This document shows, piece by piece, positions 32,683 through 41,581 of a DNA stretch of 46,443 bases. Made by a program: the position numbers and the translations under genes. Under the pieces are notes generated by a model that saw only the letters and a list, made by a program, of their open reading frames with translations, searched no databases and had not been told where the DNA came from. The stretch comes from Halorhabdus amylolytica (GTDB taxonomy: Archaea > Halobacteriota > Halobacteria > Halobacteriales > Haloarculaceae): assembly GCF_004944975.1 (NCBI RefSeq), contig NZ_SPQG01000001.1:162671-209113 (forward strand), in the 5' to 3' direction. The stretch's first letter is position 1. Every line of letters starts with the position of its first letter.

Positions 32683-34473
32683 ATGAGTACGTGCCCGAGC
32701 TGTGGGACGACGCTGCCCGACGGTGCGTCGTTTTGCAAACATTGTGGGACGGCACTCGAACAGACCTGTCCGGAATGTGGGACGAGTGTCCCCGGGACGG
32801 CGAACTTCTGTCCGAACTGCCGGGCTGAACTCGGCCACGGCGGCGGAGACAGTCGATCAGTTGACGATGGGGCATTCCGGCTCCAGCCCCACGAGTTCGG
32901 ACGCCGGTTGCTCGGCAGCGATCTCGATGCCGACGGCTTGATCGGATGGTTGACTCGGAAGAAAGAAGTCTCGATCGAGACGGGGAACGAAGCACTGTTC
33001 CTAGAGGAGGGGGAGATCGTCGAACGACTCGGTCCCGGAAAGCACGAACTCGAGTCATTGATCCAGCGGCTGAAAGAGCGCCGTCGGGAACAGGAGTCGA
33101 CGATCATCCTCTATGAGGCTCGTGATACAGTCGTCACGATCGAAGAGGAAGTACGGACGGCCGGAGAGTACCCCGTCGCCGTCCAAGCGGAACTCGTCGT
33201 GACGATCGACGATCCCGTCGAGTTCGCAAAGAGTCTCATGGCTGATCGTGGCGACGTGACTGATCAGACGTTCCAGCGTCTCCTGGGCAGTCCCATTCAG
33301 GACGAGCTCGAAGCCACCCTTGTTGAGTACGACCGCGAGGAGCTGTATGGTAACCGAGAGCTGAAGCGGACCGTCCAACAAGACGTCCGACGGGGGGCTC
33401 GCGAGGCGCTCGAACGGCACGGCCTGGGGCTGGTTTCCCTTCGGTCGCTCTCCTTTGCCGACGATCAAGAGCACATCCGCGAGGGGCGCAAGCAGGTCGA
33501 GATCCGCGAGCAGGAAGAAGACATCAGGGACGACGAGGCCCGACTCGATCGTCGGGAACGTGAACGCGAAACCGAGGACGTTGTCCACGAGGCGAACCAG
33601 CGCGTTCGCCGGGAAACCGCCGAGCAATCGGCCGACCACGAGATCGAGACCCAGGCCATCGAACAGGATCACGAAGTCGACGACAAGCAGCGCCGGCACG
33701 AACAGAAGGCCGAGCGCGAAACCGTCGAACACCAGGAAGAGACGAAGACCACCCGCAAGGAGAAGGAAGTCGAACGTCGAGATCTCGAACACGAGCAGGA
33801 CGTCTCCGAGATGGAAGATCTGATGGACCTCAAGAAGCGCAAGGACATGGACGGCCTCGATATCGAGGAACGCGAGGCCGAAATCGAGATGCGCCGGGAG
33901 GAACACGACGTCGAGATGGAGAAAGAACGGTTGGAAGCCCGTGACGAGGTCGATCTGGAGACACTGGCGAGTATGGATGGCGTCGACGAGGCGGTCGCCG
34001 AACTCGCCGAGATCGAGAAGGCCGAGGACCTCACACCGGCCCAGCTCGAAGCCCTCGGCGCAAAGGACAGCGACGAACTCGCCAAAGCTCGCCAGGAGGC
34101 TCACGACGCCGAAGCACAGCGCGAGCGCGTCGAGGACCAAAAGGAGTTCCGCGAGGAGATCAAGGACATGGCCGAGGATTCGATGGATCAAATGCAGGAA
34201 ACGACCGAGTCCGCGATGGACTCCATGGGCGAAACCGGGCGAGCAGCCGCCGAAGACACCGCTGACAACGTGATCGTCTCCGATACCGGCAGCGACGACA
34301 GCGGTGACACGACGATCGTCCAGGGGGGGTCCGGCAGTCAGGAGGATACCGGTGGGAACACTGACGAAACGGATCGCGGCTCAGGAACCGTCGCATGTCC
34401 GGACTGTGGCAGACAGGTCGACCCCGGGGATGACTTCTGTCTGGATTGCGGCCACGAACTCGGAGGTGAGTGA
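32683..34473 (+). CDS. Zinc-ribbon-flanked SPFH/band-7 (flotillin-like) protein with a long E/R-rich coiled coil
   Basis: N-terminal double zinc ribbon (CPSCG...CKHCG...CPECG...CPNC). Central region ILYEARDTVVTIEEEVRTAGEYPVAVQAELVVTIDDPVEFAK...RELKRTVQQDVRRGAREALERHGLGLVSLRSLSF matches the SPFH/prohibitin core pattern. About 200 aa of charged E/R/D helix. C-terminal zinc ribbon (CPDCG...CLDCGHE). Confidence 0.6.
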   Translation: MSTCPSCGTTLPDGASFCKHCGTALEQTCPECGTSVPGTANFCPNCRAELGHGGGDSRSVDDGAFRLQPHEFGRRLLGSDLDADGLIGWLTRKKEVSIETGNEALFLEEGEIVERLGPGKHELESLIQRLKERRREQESTIILYEARDTVVTIEEEVRTAGEYPVAVQAELVVTIDDPVEFAKSLMADRGDVTDQTFQRLLGSPIQDELEATLVEYDREELYGNRELKRTVQQDVRRGAREALERHGLGLVSLRSLSFADDQEHIREGRKQVEIREQEEDIRDDEARLDRRERERETEDVVHEANQRVRRETAEQSADHEIETQAIEQDHEVDDKQRRHEQKAERETVEHQEETKTTRKEKEVERRDLEHEQDVSEMEDLMDLKKRKDMDGLDIEEREAEIEMRREEHDVEMEKERLEARDEVDLETLASMDGVDEAVAELAEIEKAEDLTPAQLEALGAKDSDELAKARQEAHDAEAQRERVEDQKEFREEIKDMAEDSMDQMQETTESAMDSMGETGRAAAEDTADNVIVSDTGSDDSGDTTIVQGGSGSQEDTGGNTDETDRGSGTVACPDCGRQVDPGDDFCLDCGHELGGE

Positions 34474-34474
34474 C

Positions 34475-35236
34475 GTGGAAGCGATCGACCAGCATCGCAA
34501 GACAGCGTTGGACTCGCCGTACTCTCGGGATCGAGAAGAGGCTATCGAAGCACTGACAACGGCCTTTCCGAGCGCCGACGAACGCGATCAACAGCGGATC
34601 GCCGAGACGCTCCGGGAAGTCGCCCTCGAATCGGCTCATCGTGACGAACGTGAACTGGCTAAGGACCGACTGTTCGACTGTTTTGAAAACGAATCGGGGA
34701 CCATAGACACGGTCCTCGTTGGAATGGTGACCGAGATCGCGACCGAGTCGAAGTTCTCCGAGGAACGTCTCGAGGCCATCGACGCACTCCGAGAGATATA
34801 TTCCGAAATCGGCGAGCACCAACGGGATGTCGTCGGGAAGACGCTGGCAGAGATTGCCGGCAACGCGACCCGCGAAGAGGAGCGCCGAAAGGCCAGGCGT
34901 CGCCTCTCGGATGTGGCACGGACCGAACGCGAAGAGTGTGACACAAGCGACAAGGGGGCCGATGAGGCAGTCGATTATCTCGGGGAGTCGCTGGCCGAGC
35001 ACCTCGAAAACGCGGCCACAAAGTCACGCGAGGCGTGTCTACAGCGCGCTGAAGAATTGTTTGAATTCCTCGATGAACAGCCGCTGGATGACGGCAGTTA
35101 CGAGGAAGTACGGGAGGATGTAAAAGAACTGATGGAAGCGCTAGAGATCGTGGATAGTGAAACGCTGGCTGACGATCGCATCGAGCGCGTCGAGCGGATA
35201 TCCGAGAGGACAAAACGGCTCTATGCACGCGCGTGA
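34475..35236 (+). CDS. HEAT/PBS-lyase-like repeat protein
   Basis: ORF 34304..35236. GTG at 34475 lies 2 nt after the upstream stop. Repeated helical hairpins of the form DEReeAiEALtt.....ErdqqRIAEtLrEVA. Confidence 0.5.
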   Translation: MEAIDQHRKTALDSPYSRDREEAIEALTTAFPSADERDQQRIAETLREVALESAHRDERELAKDRLFDCFENESGTIDTVLVGMVTEIATESKFSEERLEAIDALREIYSEIGEHQRDVVGKTLAEIAGNATREEERRKARRRLSDVARTEREECDTSDKGADEAVDYLGESLAEHLENAATKSREACLQRAEELFEFLDEQPLDDGSYEEVREDVKELMEALEIVDSETLADDRIERVERISERTKRLYARA

Positions 35237-35555
35237 GACTCGAAACGGCTACGGCCCTGGACTTTCGCCTCACTACCGAAAGGAATCTCCGTATTGCAAC
35301 TTTGAACGCCTAGTAGCTTCCTTATACTTTCCTCCGCGATGTACATTATTACAGAAAAGTAAGAACGCATGAGCCAGGTGGGACGTTGCTGGCCACGGAT
35401 GACGATTTTCCACGGCGTTTATTGACGAACTCGGCCTTGATCGGGCTGACTCAGCAGACGTGAGCGGACAGATCCCCCCGACGGTGGGATAAGAGAAAAA
35501 CGGTGGTAGAGACCCGTTCGGGATCGAGGGCACCAACGCCCGACTCCCGTTGCGT

Positions 35556-37727
35556 TCACTCGCCGACGATCGGAAGCGTGACAACGACGTGAGTTCCACG
35601 AGCCGCGTCGGCGAATCGCAGGGACCCGCCAGCGTGACTGATGCTATATCGAGCGAGCCAGAGGCCGAGACCAGTTCCGTGTACCACGGGACTCTGCTCG
35701 ACTTGATCTGTCAGTACGGCCTGCTCTTTCGGCGGAATGCCCGGACCGTTGTCCCGGATGTCGATCCGTACCGCGTTGCCATCACGACTGACCTCGACTG
35801 TCACACGTGGCGTATCACTGTCGTTGTGGTCGATTCCGTTTTCGATAAGTTCCGTAAAGGCGTCCTCGAGGATTGGCACTGCTTTGATTTTGACGTCGAT
35901 CGAACAGTGAACGTCGATCTCCGCTTCAGGCGATGACGCTTGGACCGTTTGGATGGCCGCCGAGAGTAACGGCGTGAGAGACATGATCGTCCGTTCGGTG
36001 TTGCCGGTAAGCAGCTCAACAATGTGCCGCTCGGTGTTGATGAGATCGATCACCTCGGTGCCGGTCGTCAAGATCCGATCGGCGGCATCCGAAAGTGTGC
36101 CCTGCGTCTGTTCCCGTAGTACCTCAGCGTTCCCGGTGATGACGTTGAGATCGTTCCGAAGGTTGTGTCGCAGAACGCGACTGAGGACTTGTAGTTGGCG
36201 TTCGCGATTTTTCCGCTGGGTGATGTCCCGGCTGATTGCGACAGTCCCGACAATAGTCCCGGTCCCGTCATAATGTGGATATCGCGTCGTGACGAATGCG
36301 CGTTCTCCGCCGCCTCGAAGTGTTGGTGAGATGGTGTAGTCGATCGCATCTTCTCGTTTGAGTACACGCGTCTTCATTTGCTGGATACGCTCGGCTGTCT
36401 CGTCGTCCATGAACGCAAACTCGTCAGCGCCGAGTAGTTCCGAACGTGGGAGTCCAGCATACTCGACGACGGCATCGTTAACGATCTGGAACGCCCCGTC
36501 TCGATCTTGAAGCATGATCGGGTCCTCGACCCGCTGGACGATCTCCTCGTAGGTCGCGAGTTCGGCCGTCGCTTCTACTCGATCGGTGATGTCGATGAAG
36601 ACTGCTGCGATCCGTTTCCCGTCCAGGGGGTAGGAGGTCACCCGATGGTGCTGATCGAGTGGTTCCGAATAGGCTTCGAAATCGACCCGTTTCCCGTTCA
36701 GTGCAACATCGCCGTACCGAGTGATGAACGGATCCTCGGTCGGATCTTCTGGCAGATCGAACACATCGCTACCTCTTTTCCCCTGAATCTCCTCGGCTTT
36801 GAGTCCCGTGATTCGCTCGAAAGCAGTGTTGACGTCCTCGAACACGTAGTCCACAGCCCGTCCGTCTTCCTCGGTAATGACTCGCTGGATCGCGATCCCG
36901 TTTATGGCGTCCCGAAAGAGCTGTCGGTACGCTCCATCGTCTAGTACTCCATTGTCGCTCTCGCTTTGCCGGGAGGCCGTCGCTTTCGGTTGTGTCCTTT
37001 CACATCCAGTGAGAACGATGACCGCCGCTGGGGCGTTTTGCCAGTTGATTGCGGTCGCGACGTAATCAACCACCCACTGTTGCCCGTCTGCCGTCGTGAT
37101 CGACGCTGTTCCGGAATCGAATACACACTCGCCAGTGGTGATTCGCCGCGTCCACGTTTCAAGGTCGCTAACACCAGGGTCGAACTCGACTGACGATCTG
37201 ACGTCAGTTCCTTCGTCGGTTTCAGCCGGACCGAATTTGACTGTAGCACGACAATTGGCGTAGGTGACGTCTCCCTCTTGACAGACGAAAATCGGGTCCG
37301 GCGCACCATCCAAAATCCCGCCACGGGTCGGTACCGGAGCGGATCGGGTCCGATAGCGTCGGGCAACAGCTTCAATCAGCGACGCCACAGTTTCGATCTC
37401 GTCTTCTGGCGTCACGATATCGGTCGGTCGGGCTGCACTCACCCGATCAACGACCGCGGCGTTTTGCCCTTTGACTCGGACGAATACTGGCAGGACGGGG
37501 TCCAGTGCTCGGGTGATTTCGAGGAGAGTGACCCCATCGACATCAGGGGACGTGGTATCACAAATGAGACAATCGACTGTAGCTGTCTGAAGCTGTTCGA
37601 TCACAGTTTTGATGGTTTTTTCCGCCACGACGTGCATACCGTCCCGCCCAGTGATCTGTGCGATCAATCCATCAGTGGTCCCCGTATCCATTACTGTGAG
37701 GGTCCGAAGGGGCGAGTCCGGTACCAT
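35556..37727 (-). CDS. Multi-PAS sensor histidine kinase with an N-terminal receiver-like domain (hybrid/HTR-like)
   Basis: N-terminal CheY-like fold (VDCLICDTTSPDVDGVTLLEITRAL). Several PAS blocks. H-box VLSRVLRHNLRNDLNV. HATPase_c G-boxes (DNGPGIP, GTGLGL). Confidence 0.8.
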   Translation of the reverse strand: MVPDSPLRTLTVMDTGTTDGLIAQITGRDGMHVVAEKTIKTVIEQLQTATVDCLICDTTSPDVDGVTLLEITRALDPVLPVFVRVKGQNAAVVDRVSAARPTDIVTPEDEIETVASLIEAVARRYRTRSAPVPTRGGILDGAPDPIFVCQEGDVTYANCRATVKFGPAETDEGTDVRSSVEFDPGVSDLETWTRRITTGECVFDSGTASITTADGQQWVVDYVATAINWQNAPAAVIVLTGCERTQPKATASRQSESDNGVLDDGAYRQLFRDAINGIAIQRVITEEDGRAVDYVFEDVNTAFERITGLKAEEIQGKRGSDVFDLPEDPTEDPFITRYGDVALNGKRVDFEAYSEPLDQHHRVTSYPLDGKRIAAVFIDITDRVEATAELATYEEIVQRVEDPIMLQDRDGAFQIVNDAVVEYAGLPRSELLGADEFAFMDDETAERIQQMKTRVLKREDAIDYTISPTLRGGGERAFVTTRYPHYDGTGTIVGTVAISRDITQRKNRERQLQVLSRVLRHNLRNDLNVITGNAEVLREQTQGTLSDAADRILTTGTEVIDLINTERHIVELLTGNTERTIMSLTPLLSAAIQTVQASSPEAEIDVHCSIDVKIKAVPILEDAFTELIENGIDHNDSDTPRVTVEVSRDGNAVRIDIRDNGPGIPPKEQAVLTDQVEQSPVVHGTGLGLWLARYSISHAGGSLRFADAARGTHVVVTLPIVGE

Positions 37728-37993
37728 TCCGTATCACAACTTACGTTCGGACGATAATAGTTCATCCGCCGACTGTGAAATGACGGACGAAGTATGGCTG
37801 GTCATTAACCAGTCGCTGACTCGATTCGGCGCCACGGATCGGCGTGGGAGAGTTCGGCTGGAGGTCCAGTGTCACGACCACGGTCACGTCGACGGGCGTG
37901 AATATGTCGGTCACATTCTCGTATTTAACTCTTGTGGTGATCCGGATCTCCAGTGCTCGCGCGAGGCAGTTTAAGTAGGCTACGGGTGCCACT

Positions 37994-38389
37994 GTGAGCT
38001 ACACCATGAGTTCCGACGTGCACACGGCGACGAGCGTTCCAGAACAGACGGCGGCGAATCCACCGCGGTTCATCGATCCGAGCGATGCCTTCGATACCAT
38101 CCAGGCGGTCACTGGGCGAAAGTGGCACCTCCGGATCGTCTACCACCTGCTCGAAGACGGGCCGATGGGGTTCAGTGTACTCAAGCACTCACTGGACAGC
38201 GTCTCCTCGAAAATGCTTTCGGAGAGTCTTTCCTCGCTGGAGGAGGAACACCTCGTCGCCCGTGAAATCGTCAGCGATCAGCCTGTCCGCGTCGAGTATT
38301 CGTTGACCGACCGGGGCGCAGCACTGGAACCCGCCATCGCGGCACTCCTCAGATGGGACGCCGAGTTCGACTGCGAGGAGGACGACTGA
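37994..38389 (+). CDS. HxlR-family winged-helix transcriptional regulator
   Basis: TGRKWHLRIVYHLLEDGPMGFSVLKHSL...LSSLEEEHLVAREIVSDQPVRVEYSLTDRG is the HxlR/DUF24 signature. Its stop abuts the ATG of the next gene. Confidence 0.8.
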   Translation: MSYTMSSDVHTATSVPEQTAANPPRFIDPSDAFDTIQAVTGRKWHLRIVYHLLEDGPMGFSVLKHSLDSVSSKMLSESLSSLEEEHLVAREIVSDQPVRVEYSLTDRGAALEPAIAALLRWDAEFDCEEDD

Positions 38390-39757
38390 ATGGCTCATTA
38401 CGATGTACTTGTGATTGGCGGCGGAACAGGGAACAATGTCGCCGCGGCCGCTGCCGATGCAGGACTGGACACGGCATTGGTCGAGAAGGGCCCACTCGGT
38501 GGCACCTGTCTCAACCGTGGCTGCAATCCCTCAAAGATGCTCATCCAGGCTGCCAGTGCGGCCCAGGACATCCGGGATGCTGATCGATTCTTCCTCGACG
38601 CGTCGCTCGACGGCGTGGACTTCTCGACCATCGTCGCCGACATGGACGAAACCCTGTCCGGGCTTGCTCAGGGAATGGAAGACGCCTACCGCGAGAAAGC
38701 GAATCTCACGTTGTACAACGACGAAGCAGTCTTCGTCGATGACCGAACTGTTGTGGTGGATAGCGAACGTCTCAGCGGGGAGAAAGTCGTCGTCGCCGCC
38801 GGGAGTCGGCCGTTCGTGCCCCCGATCGAGGGGCTCGATTCTGTCGAGTACCTCACGAGTCGCGAAGCGCTGTATTTCGACGAACAACCCGAGAGCCTCG
38901 TCATCGTCGGTGGCGGATACATCGCCGTGGAATTGGGCTACTTTTTCGAAACGCTGGGGACAGAGGTTCAGATCATCGAATCCGGTGAGAACCTTCTCGG
39001 TCGGGAAGACCCTGACGTGAGCGAGACATTCACCGATATCGCCCGGGATCGTCATGGGGTCCACACTGGGTATCGGGCGACAGCCGTCGAATCAGTGAAC
39101 GGTTCTGTCCGGGTCAACGCCGAGAGCGAAGATGGCGACGCGATCACCGTCGAGGGCGAGGACGTGCTGATCGCGGCGGGCCGGCGACCGAACACGGACA
39201 CTCTCGATGTCGCAGCGGCCGGGATCGAAACGGACGATCGCGGCTTCATCGTGACGGACGAACGACTGCAGACCAGCGCGGCAAACGTCTGGGCACAGGG
39301 CGATATCGCGGGCAATGCGATGTTCAAACACTCCGGCGATTACGAAACCCGGGTCGCGATCGACAACGTGGTCCACGATGCCAACCGGCCGATCGATCTC
39401 TCGGCGATGCCCCACGCTGTCTTCACCGAACCACAGATCGCTGGCGTCGGCAAGACCGAAGACGAACTCGAAGCGGCGGGCCGTGAGTACGTCGTCGGCT
39501 GGCAGTCACTTCCCGAGACACCGATGGGTCGAGCGAAGAAACTGGACGAGGGATTCGTGAAGGTCCTGGCTGCGCCTGACGGCGAAATCCTTGGCTGTCA
39601 CATGCTCGGCGAGGAAGCCTCGACGATGATTCACGAAGTGCTCGTGGCGATGCGGGCCGGGGCTGGACAGGTCAGCGACATCACCGATACCATTCACGCC
39701 CACCCGACGCTGAACAAGGCCGTCGAGTACGCCTTCCGGGACGCTCTGGACGCCTGA
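38390..39757 (+). CDS. Class I pyridine nucleotide-disulfide oxidoreductase (dihydrolipoyl dehydrogenase / mycothione-reductase-like)
   Basis: YDVLVIGGGTGNNVAAAAA FAD motif. Redox-active GGTCLNRGCNPSKML disulfide. C-terminal HAHPTL dimer-interface His. Confidence 0.85.
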   Translation: MAHYDVLVIGGGTGNNVAAAAADAGLDTALVEKGPLGGTCLNRGCNPSKMLIQAASAAQDIRDADRFFLDASLDGVDFSTIVADMDETLSGLAQGMEDAYREKANLTLYNDEAVFVDDRTVVVDSERLSGEKVVVAAGSRPFVPPIEGLDSVEYLTSREALYFDEQPESLVIVGGGYIAVELGYFFETLGTEVQIIESGENLLGREDPDVSETFTDIARDRHGVHTGYRATAVESVNGSVRVNAESEDGDAITVEGEDVLIAAGRRPNTDTLDVAAAGIETDDRGFIVTDERLQTSAANVWAQGDIAGNAMFKHSGDYETRVAIDNVVHDANRPIDLSAMPHAVFTEPQIAGVGKTEDELEAAGREYVVGWQSLPETPMGRAKKLDEGFVKVLAAPDGEILGCHMLGEEASTMIHEVLVAMRAGAGQVSDITDTIHAHPTLNKAVEYAFRDALDA

Positions 39758-39856
39758 TCACGGAAACTGCAACTCGCGTGACCGGGCGCCGAAAAATGTA
39801 CTAACAAGTTCCTACACGTCATAACATATAACCCCCTGCGCGACGGACGCTTCAAT

Positions 39857-40183
39857 ATGAGTGGTTCGAGCTACGATACGACGATTCAGTTTCGCGCCGG
39901 GTCCGAAAAGGAGGCCGCAGAACTGCTCGACGAAGTCCATATCGGGGGTATCAACGTGAGTGAGCTCGCCCGGACGGGCCTGGTCGAGATGCTCCGCCGG
40001 TCGCTTGACGAACGGGACGAGATCGCAATTTACGAACGATATAGCCGCGACGAGATCGACGAAGACGTGGCTCGGGTTCTTCTCGGTGAAAAGATCGACC
40101 GGATGGAAGCGGAGCAAGACGCCTTCGAGTCGGCAATGGAGCGGGACACCTCGACGTTCCTCGCTGAGAGCGATGGCGAGTGA
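39857..40183 (+). CDS. Small acidic protein, candidate antitoxin-like partner
   Basis: 108 aa. Overlaps the start of the next gene by 11 nt. No clear DNA-binding motif. Confidence 0.4.
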   Translation: MSGSSYDTTIQFRAGSEKEAAELLDEVHIGGINVSELARTGLVEMLRRSLDERDEIAIYERYSRDEIDEDVARVLLGEKIDRMEAEQDAFESAMERDTSTFLAESDGE

Positions 40184-40775
40184 CCCTCGCCACCCACTCC
40201 TGGCCGATACGAGCTCCCTTATTGCCGTTGCGAACACCGACCAGTGGGACGTACTGGCGGACTCGCTCGCGTTGACCACCACGAACGTCTGCAAGCACGA
40301 ACTGCAGAACCACGTCAACTCGAACACGCACGCGCCGGAAGGAAGCCGCGAACAGTACCTGAAACGAGGTAGCCAGCGCGTACTCGATCACGTGGACGAC
40401 GATTCCTCGTCGTGGTCGTGCGTGACTGTCGTTCCGCGCCCCCACGGGCCGGATGCAGGTGAGCAATCGCTGCAGCAGGAGCTGTCCGAACACGGTGACT
40501 CCTACCAGGTCGTCTCGCTGCTCGATGGAGCCGCCCGCCGGTCGATCAGGCGACTGGTCGAGGACCACGGATACGACGTTGACGTTGTGGGGCCGCCGTA
40601 TCTACTCTACATTCTGTTTGATAACGACCTCATTTCGAAGGCTGAATTCTGCGAGGCGACGGGTGAGATGATCTGGACAGAAGGGTGGACGGGATACGAA
40701 GTCGTCAAGCACGCCTGGACAAGCATTCCCGTAGATTGTGCCGAGTTCCTCGACGACGACATTCTCCCACCCTGA
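40173..40775 (+). CDS. Hypothetical protein with a PIN-like N-terminal motif
   Basis: ATG at 40173 (MASDPRHPLLADTSSLIAVAN) is inside the longer ORF 39960..40775. The LLADTSSLIA start resembles PIN-domain strand 1 and its Asp. The remainder is not confidently assignable. Confidence 0.35.
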   Translation: MASDPRHPLLADTSSLIAVANTDQWDVLADSLALTTTNVCKHELQNHVNSNTHAPEGSREQYLKRGSQRVLDHVDDDSSSWSCVTVVPRPHGPDAGEQSLQQELSEHGDSYQVVSLLDGAARRSIRRLVEDHGYDVDVVGPPYLLYILFDNDLISKAEFCEATGEMIWTEGWTGYEVVKHAWTSIPVDCAEFLDDDILPP

Positions 40776-40912
40776 GAGTCAATCAAACGGGAAGCGACTG
40801 ATACGGATTGGTCTAAGTCATCACCATATCGACCGCCTGCAGTCGGATCGTCGTCACGGTAAACAGTTAGAGCAATCCGTATGTGAACAGATCGATCTCA
40901 CGCTCCCGTCGC

Positions 40913-41458
40913 TTAACACTCCACCAACGAACAGTCGAAGACGAACGACTCCTGGACGTCTTCAACGGTATCGATCAAATCCCCGGCGGCCGGACGATCG
41001 TCGATCGAGTCCCCGCGGTGGGTGAAGATCACGTCGGCATCGTCGCCGCGTGTATCGAGGACGGCGCTTTGGGGGAGTCGTCCGAGGAGGTCGTGGAGCT
41101 TCCCGACCGGCCCGTACCGTGTCGGCTGGTCGTACTGCTCGGCGACGCGTTTCTCGCCGTCGGCCAGCAGTGGAAACGGGAAGTCCTCGACGACGTTGTC
41201 CCGCCAGTCGGCCGCTCGCTCGCGTGGCTCGGGCAAGATCGGCAGGACGGCCGTCTTGCGTTCGTTGAACGTCCGGGCGTGCTCGCTGATTTCGGATACC
41301 TGCGCCTTGCACTTCGGGCAGTGGTAGTCCCGCAAGAAGAGCAACACGGCGAAGTCCGACGCGTCGATCACAGCCGCCAACGAGAGTGGATCGGGACCGA
41401 CGCCGACGTTCGGTAATTCGAAATCCAGGGCATCGTTGGCAAGCGTTTGTTGTGACAT
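40913..41458 (-). CDS. Redoxin/peroxiredoxin-like thioredoxin-fold protein with a CPKC motif
   Basis: VLLFLRDYHCPKCKAQV is the AhpC/TSA-redoxin active-site context. Start MSQQTL at 41458 preferred over 41488. Confidence 0.65.
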   Translation of the reverse strand: MSQQTLANDALDFELPNVGVGPDPLSLAAVIDASDFAVLLFLRDYHCPKCKAQVSEISEHARTFNERKTAVLPILPEPRERAADWRDNVVEDFPFPLLADGEKRVAEQYDQPTRYGPVGKLHDLLGRLPQSAVLDTRGDDADVIFTHRGDSIDDRPAAGDLIDTVEDVQESFVFDCSLVEC

Positions 41459-41581
41459 GTTCAACCCTTCTCCTTCAAGCGCCATCAACGACCGGTAGCG
41501 TTTCCGTGAGCGGGTGAGGGAAGCGTAACCGGGGTTCCGTCAGGCGTAGCTATTTGTGCCGCATGACCGTCCTCCACAGGT

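Noticed and set aside
18551-37870. Near-identical 14-15-nt sequences at the two borders of the low-GC block (gactggaggtcagt at 18551..18564 and ggctggaggtccagt at 37856..37870), possible att-like direct repeats
   Set aside because: Only a 9-nt exact core (ctggaggtc) plus agt. A chance match of that length between two about 250-bp border regions is not improbable, and no integrase is present. Worth a computational check but not claimed.
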